Origin: Amoebophrya sp. A120
Taxonomy: Eukaryota > Protista > Dinoflagellata
Reading direction: 5' to 3'
Assembly: GCA_905178155.1 (NCBI GenBank)
Contig: CAJINV010000003.1
Span: forward strand, 1,359,557 to 1,423,556
Length of the DNA: 64,000 nucleotides
Part shown: one piece after another, positions 25,816 to 39,734 of the stretch
How positions within the stretch are numbered: position 1 is the first letter of the stretch
Layout of the letters: every line of letters begins with the position of its first letter
Translations under genes and position numbers: made by a program
Notes under the pieces: model-generated
Databases searched by the model: none
What the model saw: the letters and a program-made list of their open reading frames with translations, nothing else
What the model was told of the DNA's origin: nothing

Positions 25816-27455
25816 GAGATATGAGAGAGGCAGGAAGATGCTGAGAGGCAAGAGAATCTTGGGGAGTATTACAGAAGGTGGCGATGAAAACGTGGGAGGT
25901 TGAACGGCGGAGAAAATAAAAGCCGTTGGGGTCGTCACCATTGACAACAATGTTTACTCGCTATTTGTCAAACAGGCTGTATTTCTAGTCAAAGTAGTGG
26001 CGCTATTTGAACGAAATCAATCTGAAAATCTCGAGTCCCCTCATATTTACAAACAGTATGCATTTGACGTGAAGCTGAAAAATAATGGTCGTGAAACACC
26101 AGCTCCTATGTCCAATCAATCACGGTGTACGTACTTGAAACTGCCTCTATGTCCAATCGAAATTATGTACCCAGACCTACAATGAGAATGAGTAGCGCCG
26201 TACTTCTCTCGCCTAATTCAAAGTCGACTGGTTCTACGTGTAGGATTGAAGCTGAAAGATCTCTACTTGGTTCAGCCCGTAAAAAAAGCGAAGAAGTAGT
26301 GCCGAAAAGAACTCAAAACCAAGCATAAAAGTCGTCTATTTTCCATGTGGTTTCGCGCGTGTATAATTTTGGAAATTTAAAAAGAAAAGCGAAGCCCCAA
26401 GGCATGTGAGACGATGATGGCAACGAGGCTGCGGCTCCCGCCCGTAGTTCAAAAGAAAGAAAGAAACCCTCGCGTCAAAAGAAAGAAACTTCGCCCGTTC
26501 AAAAGAAAGAAACTGCGCCCGTTTGAAAGAAAGACCGTTTATGGGTTGGACTTCCCCCGTCGCCCGTTACCCGTTCGTAGTTTCGGACTCGGAGCTTGCG
26601 GGTCTCGGTTTACTTGCCAAGGTCTTCGAGAGAGGCACTGTTTAGGCAGTGCCGGTGACGCTGTGTTTGCTTTCACTCGTCCCAGAGACAAGTTCGGAAG
26701 GACTCGCGATCTGTGTTACTACTTACTTGAAGGTCATACATCAAATTCAGAGCTGTTCTCTCGATCTGCAAGTATTGCTTTAGAACGAACGATCCCTGCC
26801 ATCTTTCTATTCCAAAGTGAAAGCATAAGCGCACTTTTGAGGCTCTGCGATTACTTTGAGACTACACCACACGAAGCGATCCTCTGATGAATACGAAGTA
26901 AGTGCTACTCTGCCTTGATCAACAGCTACTCTTCCCGTTTTGAATCGTTTTGTTGGTTCAGAATCCGAATACAATAAAGTGCTTAGGCCAGCGTCGCTCC
27001 ATGATCTTTGTGATTCGTACGTATGTACCACCTCAATGGCCAAAACAACTAAAATTAGAAGATCCAAAAGTCTACAACTAGCAACCACTGACGTGCGTTC
27101 GTTCAATCGAATGGATGTTTTTCTATATGACTTACCAGCGACAAGAGCAAGACTGTAGGAATGTAGCATTTTTACACAGCATTATACACTAGCGACTTGA
27201 AATAGGCTTTCCATTTGCGGCGCTTGCTATAACGAGTATGTTAAGACGATACGATTATCAGGTGTGCGACGCATGAACCCCGCCTCCTGCAAGAACGCAT
27301 TTTATGACGCAGCAGCTGCCAGGTTGACTATGAAGCTGCATTTGAACGCCGGGCTGCACGACCTTCCTTCCTTCCAGAAGCAGAACGCTACTGCTGTGGT
27401 TTTCTTATAAGCGGCCGCCCGTTTTGTTCATTAATCATCCCGAGCTCCAAACGCC

Positions 27456-30400
27456 ATGTCGGCGATTTCCCTGCGGTGCGAGCTGGAAGCGGGTGGGGCC
27501 GACTTTGACGCGGTGGTGGCCCGGCATGAGAAGTTCCTGGAGGCCCTGGCGACGCAGCAGCCGGCCGCTCGGTGGTGCCCCAGCTCCGCCAGCCTGTGCG
27601 TGACCAAGCGCCGCAAGCTGCGGGCGGCCGACCTGCGCGAAGAGCTGCAGCTCCCCTCCGAAGACCACGTGTACGACCTCTTTCACTGTTACCAGCAACA
27701 CAAACTCACGCAGCAGTGGCACCGGTCCGAGATCAACACGAGGGAACTGGACGAGGAGGACGTGGCGTCGTTTGACCTGTACGACCAAATGATACAGAGC
27801 TTGTCCACCCCCGCGGAGGGAGGATCTACTTCTACAGCATCTTCACAGGCGGCCCCGGCGCAAATAATCACCTCGTCCACTGGCGCAACAATAAATAAGT
27901 CGAGAATTATACAGCAGAACCAGCAGCGGGAATTGCACTCTTTAGCCCCGGAGGAGTACCACCGGCAGCTGCTGCAGGAACTCCGCTACTTCCTCCACGC
28001 CGAGCGCGTTGCAGTGCTGCAGACGTTTGCGCTGCTGGTTGGCGAGTTCGCGAACATCTCCACGGCTGCGTCCGCGAAGGCCGCACGAACCAGCGGGACG
28101 AGCTCCTCCTCGAGCAGTAGCAGCAGTAGGCTCCGAGCAAGCGTGAATAACAACTCCTCGTCGAACATGATGAGTGGAGCGCCATCTCCTGCAAGGTCGG
28201 GTGCCGACGTGCTGCGGAATTTTGTGTTGCGCAACTGGCAAAACATGGTGGAGCGCACGTACGAGACGTATGTGTCCACGAACAAGATGGACCCCAACGC
28301 GGGGGAGGATCTGCAGGTGGGGCTGGAGCTGCAAATTGCCAGCCTGGAAACTCTGGTCGTTTTCGTGCACGCGGCGGAGTCGCACAACATGGCGCTGGAA
28401 ATAACCAAGTCGTTCTCCTCAAACCCCTCGCACCAGGCAGTTCTGGTTTCGCGCCGCTCAACCATGCTTGAAATTGTGAACGACAGTAGAGAAACTACTT
28501 CAACGACTGAAGACGACTCTTTTTCTCAGCCGAAGATGACCCACACTGCCCCGCAAGCGCCGCCTGCCAACGCCCAGCAGCCACTGCAGCTGGGCATCAG
28601 TCTGCTGGACCTGTGCCAGAGCTTCGCGGGGACGCGGTTTCTCGGGTGTTCCCACTTTCTTCGTCCGAAGCTCGAGGGAGAGCTGTTTCAGAAGACGCAC
28701 CCCGACGCCCACTTGCTCCTGGCCGAGAACGACTTGCTCTACCTGCGGCTCGCGCAGCACCTGAGCGACTTGCAGGTGGTGTTGCTGTTGCAGATCCTGC
28801 AGGCGGCGGCGACGGTCCCGGGCATGGACTTGGAGAACGCGGAAGTAAAGCAAATCCACCAAGAACTCACCGATTACTCCGTGTTGTTCGACAAGTGCGG
28901 CCACAACGTGTGGGTGGGCAACGATTTTGCGGCGGACACGCTGAGCAACCCCATGGCCTGGGAGGAGCAGCACATGCTGAAGCAGACCAGCATTTTGACC
29001 CTGGGCTGGTTCGTGTACGTTACCTCGAAGCCGGACTACGCACCCCTGGTTCACCGGCCGGACACCGTGTTCGGACGGTACAAGCAGGTGTTGCGCAGCG
29101 AAAAGCTGGTGGCCTTTGCCCTGCAGGAGATCGTGCAGCGTTCGCGGCTCTTTCCGACGGACGCGGCGCACGCCCCGCCGAACGCGCCCTTGGCGCGCTT
29201 TTCCCGGCACCGCGTGCTGGCGTTTTTGGGCTGCTCCTTCCAGAAGTTCCACGACATCCACCGCATGGTCTTCGTGCAGTACTGCAGCCGCGTCGCGGAA
29301 ACGTTGAAGCTGGAAGACTGTCCGGTGCTTCTTCCGCACGGTTTGACCCTCGTGGTGCGGCAAGCATTTAGTATTTGTGGCGCCCCCGCCGGAACATCAG
29401 GAGGTTCATCTTCACCATCATCTTCGTGCAGCAGCGGTGTCGAGAGAGTGAAGAAACGCATTTGGGCACAGGACATCGCAAACCGTGCCGGGTTGCAGTT
29501 TCTGCTGGGACACATGGTGAACGACCTGGGCACCTACCTGCCGAATTGTTTGGATCTGCTCGCCGCCCTACTCCCGGGAACAGACAGTTTGGACGCGCAG
29601 AGCGACATGGTGTACGACAGTCTGATGCTTTTGATGCAGGAGACAAAAGTTCCGTCGTTCACCACACTGCTGCCCTCCGTGACCGACTGTGTGCGGTCGG
29701 CCAATCAGGAGACCGCGGAATTGCAACGCCCGGTCTACGTCGAGCACTTCTTCCTGCGGCAGTTTGGTGTGAGTTGCGCCCCCGTTTACGATGCAACGTG
29801 TACCGGGATGCGGGCCGGAACCCAGGGTCGGCTCCTCCGGAAGGCCGTGGTGGAGCCGCAACGCACCAAGCTGGAGGCCTCCGTGTGCGCCCACTGGCAG
29901 CTCGGGGCCGGCGAAGGGTTCTGCATGCTTCCGCTGGTTTTCACCACGCTAGACTCCTTCATCGACAAGTACAGCAGCGCGGTGGGCAGAAAGCACGACC
30001 CGGCGCTGCCTCCGTCCTCCACCCGGGACGCGTTCTCGGCCGACGTACAGTCTTTGAAGACCCACTTGATTGAGCAGAACCACATTTGCGTGCCGAGCAA
30101 CGTCGCGCTGTCCCTGGCCGCGATTCGGTTCGTGTGCAAAATGGTGATCGCCTTTCCCGACCGGTGGCAAAGCAGCGACCTGCACCTCGCGGTGTCGGCC
30201 GAGGGAAGGAAACTGACGAAAGAACCGACCTTGACGCTTCCCCTGTTCCAGCGGCTCTTTCGCCTATTTCTGTGCTGCAGCGCAAAACCGGAGTTTCGCT
30301 CCTTGGTGCCCTTAATTCTTCAGGCGATGGCCACGTTTTTCCAGGATGTGGAGGCAATAGCAAAGTCAAGAACAGGAGGAGCCTCAAGTAGTACTGCTGC

Positions 30401-33400
30401 CTCACAGCTGCACTCCATGTACGACCCAGAGCCACGACCGGTATTAAACGACACAGCATCCACGTTTCACCAGCAGAGAACTACGTCAAGCACTATGATG
30501 GAAGAGGACCACCATCCGCAGCTGCAGACCACGACCAACCTCCAAGCGCAGTACGGACGCCGACGACGACGGGGAGGTGGACTCGCACCCGCGAGAGTTT
30601 CTACAACCGGACGGGACCACGCCGACCACTACGAAACGGCAGTCCCAGACCAACAACGAGAGGAACTACTAGTACAACCCGAACGCAAGACCAACAAGGC
30701 GCGGGCGTTTTCGCTGCTGCTCCTGCTCGAGCAGAACCAGTCCCAGTTCTTTGCCTGTCTGCACCAAAACTTGAACGCGGAGAGGGCCGAGGGGCACTAC
30801 ACCATTTTGCTCGCGACACTGAAGTTTTTCGAAACGATGTTTGACGCCGTGCCCCCGGCCAGCTGGGGAGCCAACTGGAACTTGCAGGCGGCGGCCACCC
30901 TCAACGTGGGCGGGGGCGGGGGGACCGCGATTCGCACCCTCGACGACCTGGACCAGTCGCGGCACACCGTGGTGCGGGAGGCGCAGTTTCTGCTGCTCGA
31001 GGAGATCCTCAGTTTCGTCCTGGCCTCTGTGTTCGCCAAACACGGCTCTGGCTGGGCGTACGCCGGGGAGAAGCACGACGCGTCCTCCGTGAAAAACGAC
31101 ATTGGAAAAGTTTGCATTCGCATCGCAACGGTGAATTTCGTCTCGCTCTTCTTCTGCAAAGACTTCTTCCAAGACGCAAGTAACATTCTCTCCACGCGCG
31201 CGGACGCGGATCTGGTCAGCGAGCTCTTCAACACGCTGCGCAAGCGCCAGCACCGGTTATTGCAGCTCTTTGCGGAAAATGCGGTCCTCCCGCGGGTGCT
31301 GCAGACCCTGGTTTGCGAGATGATGGTTTTGTCCTGTTCCGGCCTGTCATCCGTTGTTACTGAGAAGTCCAGCGGAGGAACATCATCGGCAACCGGCGCT
31401 TTGGTAGTTTCAACATCCGGAGCAAACGCACGCCCAAATGAAGGGTCGTCGTTACTGGACGAAAGTGCAACAAAGAAGCTCTCGCGGCCGGTGGTGTTCG
31501 GGTTCACGAACACAGCGCTGCTGCAATCGACGCCCCCGTCCGCGGTCAGCGACTACGAGAACACCACGCGCATCATCCACCGCTTTCTCTACGCGGCAAA
31601 TTGGATGCCCAACGTGGCCAACGGCACCAGGGACCAGTTCCGCGCCACGGAATACGAGAACTTCTTCAAAACGAAATCGCAGAGCGAAGACTTCTTGCTG
31701 ACGTCGTTGGATTTTCTGCTCGCGCTGCTCACGATTTGCTTGCGGCCGAGCGAGGATCTGGTCAACAAGGAGGCCGTCCGCGAGCTCGAGGAGTACTTGC
31801 TGTCGCAAACCAATACCCCCTCCTGCAAGCGGCAGTACTCCGTGACCTGCGGAGCCGACAACATCCAGTGCGAAGTCTTTTCCGTGGATTTGATCAAATC
31901 GCTCTTTCACCTGTCCTCCTGGAACACGGGAGGTGGTGGCATATCGTCCACCGCGGGCAGCACCACCAGCTCCATTGCGGTGGCCATTCTCGCGGCACAG
32001 ACGCTGCAAAAGATGTGCCTTCTGTGGGAGCAGACGGACACGTTTGCAGCTAGTAAGCACCTGCTGTCCGAATTTCTCACCTTCAACTGCGCCCCGGCCT
32101 ACCACGCGGAAACGGCGAAGGAGAAAACGAAACTGGAGCTGCAGATGCTGCTGAAGGACATCACCGACGCCAACGCGGCGGCAGCGGAACCTGCGTTGCC
32201 TGCGTTGCCTGACGGGAAAGAACCGACAGAAGTAAAGGCGGTGGAAGACGCGAAGCCGCCACAAGAGGGCCAAGCGTCGGGGCTGTCAGCAAGCAGAGGA
32301 GTTTATCTCTCCGGAGGACGTCCAAATAAACCGAGCGTGCATCTCGGGGCGTCCATTGTCCAGAAGTGGCTGCAGATGATGGTCAGGCCCGACCCAAAGC
32401 TGGTCGAGCTGCGTCACGCCTTGCTCTCGCTCGCCTGCGTGGGCGTCCGGACGCAGAGCTCGGTCTTCCTCACACTGGAAGCGCGCCCCGGGCAAAATCT
32501 CATCCGCAAATGCAGGCAGATCGTGGAGGAGTGTTTGCGCAGCTTTCCAGTGGAGAAGAGCGGCGGAGGGAGAAATACGACACCAGACGACCTCGCAGCG
32601 GAAAGTACACGACCCACCGTCGACAAGAAACAGAAGGAGAAGCTCCGCTGGGTCGCCAACAAAGTGCCTTTACTGTGGCACGCGATGCACCTGCTGGGCG
32701 AGATTGTGAACACGCTCTTTGTGGATTTCGAGTCGCTCGAAGACGTCTGGCTGCTTCTCATCAACGTGCAGGGGAAGGTGTCGCAAATCATCAAGGAGTG
32801 TTTGCCGTATTACCTTGACGTAACCGCGATGTCCTCCCCTCCAGGACGTCGAGGGAATAACGACGAGCAGTATGATCATGCTAGTAGGGTTTTGAAGGTA
32901 AAATACGCGACGCAAATTCGGTCGCAGCAGTACTACTTCTACCTGGTGCAAGTCGTGAAGGAGATCCATTTTCTCGCGTACGTGGGCATGGCGAAGGTTT
33001 CCCAGTGGATGGACACGAAGAAGTCCACCATTGCGCAGCTCCTGGACAAGTCCAAGAGCTTCAAGAAGCTGCAACTGCTGGTGATGGCGGTGCTGTTCGA
33101 CGAGCATGACTTGTGGTCCCGAGACCCAGACGCCGCAAACCAAGCGGCCGCGGCGGCCATGAACAACACCGGTGGACCGTCGGCGAACACCTACATCTTC
33201 TCCCCGCGCACGCGCGCAGCTGACCAAAGAATGGAAGTAGAGCAGGATAATTATATGCAAGAAGCCAATAACGTGATAATGAACGCGAAAGACACAACTG
33301 ATTCCAGCATGTTCGTACCTCCGTCGGCGTACACCGCGAGCCGGGAGCGGTTGTTTCAGCTGTGCCACAAGGCGGGAATTCAGGACGACGTGTACGCAAA

Positions 33401-36400
33401 CCTGCTCTCGCGGGACGACATCACGAAGCAAGTGACGGGGACGAGCTACCGCAACATGCTGAATAAGGAGGTGTGCGAGGACTTGGACGACTACATGTAC
33501 GGCAACTACTCGGGCGTCAGCAGCGCTTTGCTCCTGGAGCACCACGTGGTCGGGGGCACAAACGCATTTGCTTCCGATTTCAACGACGACCCAACAAGTT
33601 TGATGCAGCAACTTCCCCGGCAGCAGCAGCAGAGACTGTTCCGAAAGAATGACTTCGGTGGGCAATTCCGTTCGGGTTTCGGGACCGACAGTCTGAGTCA
33701 CGACTACCTGGCGAAAAACACGGCCTACGGCGCGATTTCGCGCGGAATGCGCGCGACCCGGAGCTTGTCGGACGTAAGTGTGGTCCGGTCGGAGACCGTG
33801 CGTCGCTTTATCGCCGCCTTCGACCGCTTGGAGCGCGAACAGCTGACTAGAAAAAGGCTTCTTGTTGGGACGGGCGAATCCGCGCCGATATCCTCCACGT
33901 CCGCGACACTGCGAACAAAGACCAGCCTGACGCAGACCCTGAACCTTCTGTCCTATTATTACGACGTGAAAACTGGCGGCAGCGCGACGACCGGTGTTCA
34001 GAGACTCGACCCCATGGGTGTTGATGTTACCATGACCACGAGCAACAATCCAACCCCGTTTCGCACGCCGGAAAGAGGCGGATGGAACCACAACAGTACA
34101 GTTTCTAACAACCCGTACAACGACAGCAATAGATTCGGCGGCGGCTCCTATTCACCTGCGCACAGGAGTTGTAGAGCAGCAGTGTCCGCTGCCTCGTCAA
34201 AGCAGGCGTTGCTGGCCGAGGCCGACACCTTCGGGAACCTCTCGGCCATCGTGAGTCTGCAGCACGAATCCCTCGCAATGTATTCGCAACTGGTGTTGGC
34301 GGTGTGCGAGCTCGCCTGTGCACTGGCCAACGCGCCGAAGAACGACGATCCGCAGATGGTGCACGACCTAGTGTCTCCGCTGCTTCCGATATCCTGAGTA
34401 AAAACGTACCCACACCAGAGTTGTAATGCAAATCTGCATGCTGAAAATGTTTCTCATGCGGAGCTCCATGAGAAGCATTTTCTAGTCGTGTTTTGCAATT
34501 TGTCATGCTCGAATCAGCATGGTATGCTAGATCTGTGATGCTGCTGAGCTAGCTCAATCAGCACTACACTACGACTCCAAATTTGTCATGCAAAACAGCC
34601 AAAACTTGTGGATTTGTCTAGCCGATTCCCCATCTTGACTCTGGTGTGGGTACGTTTTTACTCAGGATATCCGAAGCTGATCCCCTACATCTCCTTGCTG
34701 CTGCACGACCACCAGATTTATCAACTGTAAAAATGTCTGGGTCTGGAAGAATCCAACTTGTCATGCTGATTTTGGATTCTAAAAAAATCTGTATTGCATG
34801 AGCAGCCAAGAGAGTCCAAGTTTTGCTACACGAAGAGAGCATTTGTCATGCGGTATAGGCATCAGGAAGCCCTCACAAAATCTGTGATGCTAGGGCATGC
34901 ATCACAGACATCAAGAGTCATGCAAAATGTGCATGACAAACCTGGCAATCTTCCAGACCCAGACATTTTTACATTTGATAAGATTCTCACCGATCCGAAA
35001 GCAGGAGGTTCCGGCGTCTCTACGGCACTCCTCAACCGGGCTGCAACAAGCACTTTGCACGACTGCGCGAGCGAGGCGGTGCGCAAGCTGTTCCCCGCCC
35101 CGTTGCTCCCGACGCTGAGCATGTTTTTGACCATGACCACGCGCATCCTGCAGTTCCCCATGTTCTCGAGCCCGGCGTTCCAGTTTCCCCCGCTCGCCAA
35201 GTACTTCAACGGCGCCGTGCGGGTGCCGGAGGAGATGATCAGCGTGCTGAAAATGACATCCGAGGAGTGCACGCAGGGCAAGCTGTTCTCGCGGCAGCTG
35301 GCGCAACTCCTGAAGGTGTTGGTGCGGCAGCTGCAGAGCCAGGGCGTGAAAGACGTCCGGTTGCACAGCGACGTGCGGGAACGAAGCGGCGGGCAGCAAT
35401 TCGCATGGTCTCGAACGGCGGCGCACCTCGTGCAGGACCGCAGCATGGTGTTGGACGCGTTCGCGTCTACTTTAGGCTGTCTGTTCCAGCTCGTGACGGC
35501 GTTTCTGCCCGAAAACGCGGCCAGCGAAAGAACCACGAGCGTTGAGCAGGAAGCCGAGATCGAGGAGATCTTCGTGCTGGTGCTCGAGAGCTGCACGGAA
35601 TTGCTGCAGGTCCATCACCAGCAGACGGGCATGCCACTCGTGTCCGACCGGGTCTTGAACGAAAGCGACGATAATTTGTTCGACGATCGACTCCGCGGCG
35701 GAGAACAGATGTCAAAACTAGCGACTCCCCGGGGCGGTGGTCCTGCGCGAAAAAAGCAGCGGCGTGGCGTCGACTCAGCGATGTTGAATAGTAACGGAAG
35801 TCAAAAGGAGAGAACTACCAACTATATGACCGGCGCACAACAAGGTAGAAGTACGTTGACAGCGGCGCAGTCGGACGAGGAACACTACGTTGCACAAGCG
35901 GCAGCGAACAAGAGTCCCTCGTCCTACCAGTCTTGGTTTGCGAATTCGAGTGTGACCAGCGCCAGCTTTGGCAGCTTGATCCTCGCCATGGTCCAGCGAA
36001 TCACGGGCATCGTTCCCGTCGAAAAGTACTACGATTTGTACGTGTCCTTGACCACGGTGCTGATGCAACCCACACCCAATGGCATGTGGCAGTTCACCAA
36101 CTCCGCGGACCACGGGTCGTCCCGGGCGAAGGGCCCTTCCGCGGCCAAGCTCCTCCTCGCGGCGAAGCTGAACAACGTGCGCAAAGCAGTGAACGGCGAG
36201 CTGGGTCTGGGCGGCTCCATGAGTCAACAACATCTTGACGGAAACACTAACAGCAGCAGCGACGGCGGGGTCTACTTTGCAGAACTGCAGTTACCCGCAT
36301 CCATGTCGATCACTGCGGAAGATAACGTGCGGAGAAAAATTGTGCTGGATCGCGAACCTGCACTGCAGCGAATACTCGCGCGGCGGATCGACGCGTGCGT

Positions 36401-39400
36401 GGGCCTCTACATGTCCATCAGCAGCTCGCTCCACGGCGCAACACTCCTGCTCGAACGCGGACTGCTGTCCCAGCTGGCCGCGCACCCGGTCCTGCAGACC
36501 TTCTACGGGAATGGAAAAGCCGAACTCTCCGCCTACGAGGCCGACCAGCGAAAGCCGTTGCATGCCTCGTGGTGCCAGGTTCTCGCCCTGGTCGGACACC
36601 TTCTCGCGACCGCAGCACCGTAATACTTTCTGGATTTGTCATCTTGAACGCCCGGTCTTCATGTTCGCGTTTCTCAGAATAAACCTTTAATATTCCCTCT
36701 GTAGGCCTGAAATTCTACGTATAGGATTGGGATTCTCTTTACGTATACTCTATACAGGGTCGACGGGGTGTCCGAGTTTTTGAACGCGTATGAGGACCGG
36801 TTTCTGCACGTACTGGAGGAGAAGGAGATGATATCCGAGCTGGCGATGGTGGAAGAAGTATGCGCGATGAGCAAAATTTTGTGCCACGTCCCCTCGCACG
36901 ACGCGCGAACGGTGTACCTCCTCAGCATGGCTCTGAAGGCCCAGAATTTTCTGGCGTCCGTTGTCCATGTCGAACGTACTCGGTTGTTTGTAGCTAAAGT
37001 GGTTCTTGTACTTTACATGATGATCATTTTCGATATTTTTTTGCCTGCCAAAACGTTTGTTCGCTTTTGCCTGTCTTGTCTTCATTGAAATCTCCTCATA
37101 TGCACAGATCACGGCAGCGGGTCTGAAGTCGTCCGCCCGCAATCGATTCCGGAGCGCGTCGCTGCTGGCGTAAACGAGCTGTACGGATTTTTTCCCGCGG
37201 TGGTGCCCTCCCTGTTTCACCAGAGATCACAGTATTCTACTGGAACTTTGTTTTTGGTTCTCTTCCTGATTTGGTCTCTATGCTGAAAGCAACTGCCCAT
37301 GCTTCATTCGGATCAGTAGAACTGAATTTCCACGATAGCGAAATGCAAGTAAGTAAGTACTTACATCCAATTCCACAGGTACCTCACCTACGACATGTGC
37401 CGGCATGTCTTACTAAGCCTCTTGCGACTAATGGCACAAGAACCGCAGCTCTTGGCGCAGAATTTCTTCGAGGTGGACTACGCGGGCGACAATATCCTAT
37501 GTAAAAACGTCCCCACACCATAGTTGTAATGCAAATCTGCGTGCTGAAATTGTTTCTCACGCATAGCCCCATGAGAAGCATTTTTCAGCCGTATTTGCAA
37601 TTTGTCATGCTCCAATCAGCATGATATACTACGTCTGTGATGCTGCTGAGCTAGCTCAAACAGCACTACACTACGAGTCCAAATTTGTCATTCAAGACAG
37701 CCAAAACTTGTGGACTTGTCTAGCCGATTCCCCATCTTGACTATGGGGTGGGGACGTTTTTACGTGGGATAGACAAGAATGACAGGCTGACGAACAGCGC
37801 CCGGCTTCCTCGGGCGCTCGGTTCCTTGCAGGCGACGGGCGAGCGGGTGTTGGCGGACCCAATCCTGCTGCAGCCCGGGCACCACCGAGGTGCCGTCAGC
37901 CGAATACTTTACTTCGGTGGGCTAGCCGGCACTGCGCCGTATTACGCCGACCGCACGAAGTACAGCCAGCGGGTCCACTGGTCGGCCGTTTTCGAGCACG
38001 TCGTGGAAGGCGCGCGAAGGTGCAGCCACTTCCTCGCGCAGACGGTCCTAGTGCCCCCCAGCGAAGGCGGACCCGGGCAGGCCGAGACGAATCTGCAGAT
38101 CATCCAGGAGCAATTTCAACTGGCCGCGAGGAACCTGGACGCCCGGGCGGACTTGCAGCGGATGGACGCAAGAGAGTTTCTTCCCGAGCAGCTCGACCAG
38201 GACCTGAATGTGTTAGACGACGAGTTCGCGTCGGACGACGACGAAGAAGAAGAAGACTTTGGCGAACTGTATCCCAGTATTAGCGTCAGAGGACAGCAGC
38301 GACAGGACGAGGTAGGAGGGAACAAAAAATTACCTCAGGAAGGAGCGCAACCAGACCACGGAACTATAGGCGCGAAAAATAAGCAAAAAGCAGCAGTCGT
38401 CCCAAGGTTAGATCGCGAACAGCTGCGCAACCTCTCTGCCGCCCAGCGGAGAATGCTGCAACCTGGTGCGACGGCTCGCGGAGGTGGCAGATCCGCGCAC
38501 GCTTTTAACGTCGCGGACCACATTCACGAGGACCTGGAGGAAGTCTGTATCCCGCTGGCGTTGTACCTGGTCCCGAATCCTTTCGACAACAGCAACTTTC
38601 TGCCCTCTGCAAGAAAAGCCCTGTTTTCGCGGTTCGCCTCCCAGAGTCCGCTGCTGCCGTCGGTGGTCAAGAAACCGACCACGGCGGGGAACAACACATG
38701 GACCATGTGCACGATGTCATTGGGTACTCAATGCTTTTTATATGAAAATAAGCATAAAACATCGCTCTCCGAGTGGAGTGTTGCTTTGTTTTGACTTTAG
38801 TGTGTTTTAGATAGGCTCTTTTCATCCCCCATAATATACTGAGCAATTTGCATTTAGATTTTTGCGCGGCCTCGCAAGTTTCTGGGGAAGTTGATTTATC
38901 TAAAAAATCGTTCAGGTTCTTGCGGGGGTCAGTATCCGCTGGGGATTGTTCCAGAGGCAGTGACTTTCAAGGAGTACAGGTATCAAATGTAAAAATGTCT
39001 GGGTCTGGAAAATTGTGATGCTAAAATGTGCATGATGAAAACACTTCCGAATGCAGTCCGGCATGACAACTTCCCAAAACGCTTTCTCGTAAGCAATCCG
39101 CATGGGAAACTGCGTTTTTATTGCATGACAAAAGAGGCTGCGACTTTTGTTGGTTATGCAATACAGATTTTCTAGATATAGCATTACAAGTTCCAACCTT
39201 CCAGACCCAGACATTTTTTCAATCCATAACAGGGACTTGTGCACCATGTGCTTGGAGTTGTCGGCAACTATCCTGTGGAAAAGTATCGTACTCGTAGTAA
39301 TCGCAATCATGCATTACAAATCTCCATCCCAAGGCAAAACAGCATGACAAATTCTATTTGTCATGCTGAGCTAATTTGTATTGCAATTACTACTAGCACC

Positions 39401-39734
39401 ATACTTTTGCAGTTCATAGCAACGTGCGTCTACCAATACTGTGTCACCCAAGGTATAGTTCTTTGTTTTACCGATGAAACGAAAAACTTGTGCACGTGCT
39501 GATGCTCTAACTGTGATTCGCCTCTGCTTGAACAGGGCGGATTTAATTCATATTTTGCAGTAGCATCTAACCTAAAAATATTCTACAGGAGCCTACAATG
39601 ATAACGTGCTGTACGCGCTTTTAAATCTGATGCACGAAATTGGAGAACATGTACTTGAAGACGGAACGCGCACTCTTCTGGAGGGTTTGGGCGATGAACT
39701 ACGGGAGCGCAGTGTGTTGCAGAAGCGGATCTAA
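27456..39734 (+). CDS. Giant alpha-solenoid protein, Nup188-like nucleoporin, ~3400 aa
   Basis: The 2313-aa ORF continues through five TIR introns and several GT-AG introns into ORFs 34794, 36768, 37748 and a last exon 39589-39734. FLHAERVAVLQ (N-terminal) and GATLLLERGLLSQL...RKPLHASWCQVLALVGHLL (C-terminal) resemble Nup188 motifs from memory. Small exons at 37.0-37.4 kb not fully resolved. Confidence 0.55.
34390..34669. mobile_element. Introner element, family A
   Basis: Perfect 32-bp TIR tatcctgagtaaaaacgtacccacaccagagt; TSD tccga; removal gives LLP|KLIPYI. Confidence 0.96.
34719..34980. mobile_element. Introner element, family B (interior inverted relative to 4531-4792)
   Basis: TIR tatcaactgtaaaaatgtctgggtctggaaga / tcttccagacccagacatttttacatttgata; TSD agatt; removal gives HQI|LTDPK. 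Confidence 0.96.
37493..37771. mobile_element. Introner element, family A
   Basis: tatcctatgtaaaaacgtccccacaccatagt / actatggggtggggacgtttttacgtgggata; TSD gacaa; interior roughly 90% identical (by eye) to 34390-34669. Confidence 0.95.
38981..39228. mobile_element. Introner element, family B, removable as canonical GT-AG (38980-39232)
   Basis: tatcaaatgtaaaaatgtctgggtctggaa / ttccagacccagacattttttcaatccata; TSD acagg. Confidence 0.92.
39269..39418. mobile_element. Introner element, family C, 150 bp
   Basis: tatcctgtggaaaagtatcgtactcgtagtaatcgcaat / attgcaattactactagcaccatacttttgcagttcata; TSD gcaac; removal gives SAT|CVYQY. Confidence 0.88.

Noticed and set aside
26414-26887. 157-aa ORF with KRKKLRPF repeats
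   Set aside because: Produced by a ~24-bp tandem repeat near 26460-26530; the rest lacks coding-like composition.
32670-34091. 473-aa minus-strand ORF and similar ORFs inside the giant gene
   Set aside because: Antisense shadows of a long, codon-biased + strand CDS.
36705-36718. Possible 14-nt micro-exon in the Nup188-like gene
   Set aside because: Including it breaks the frame; a single GT-AG intron 36620-36757 keeps it.
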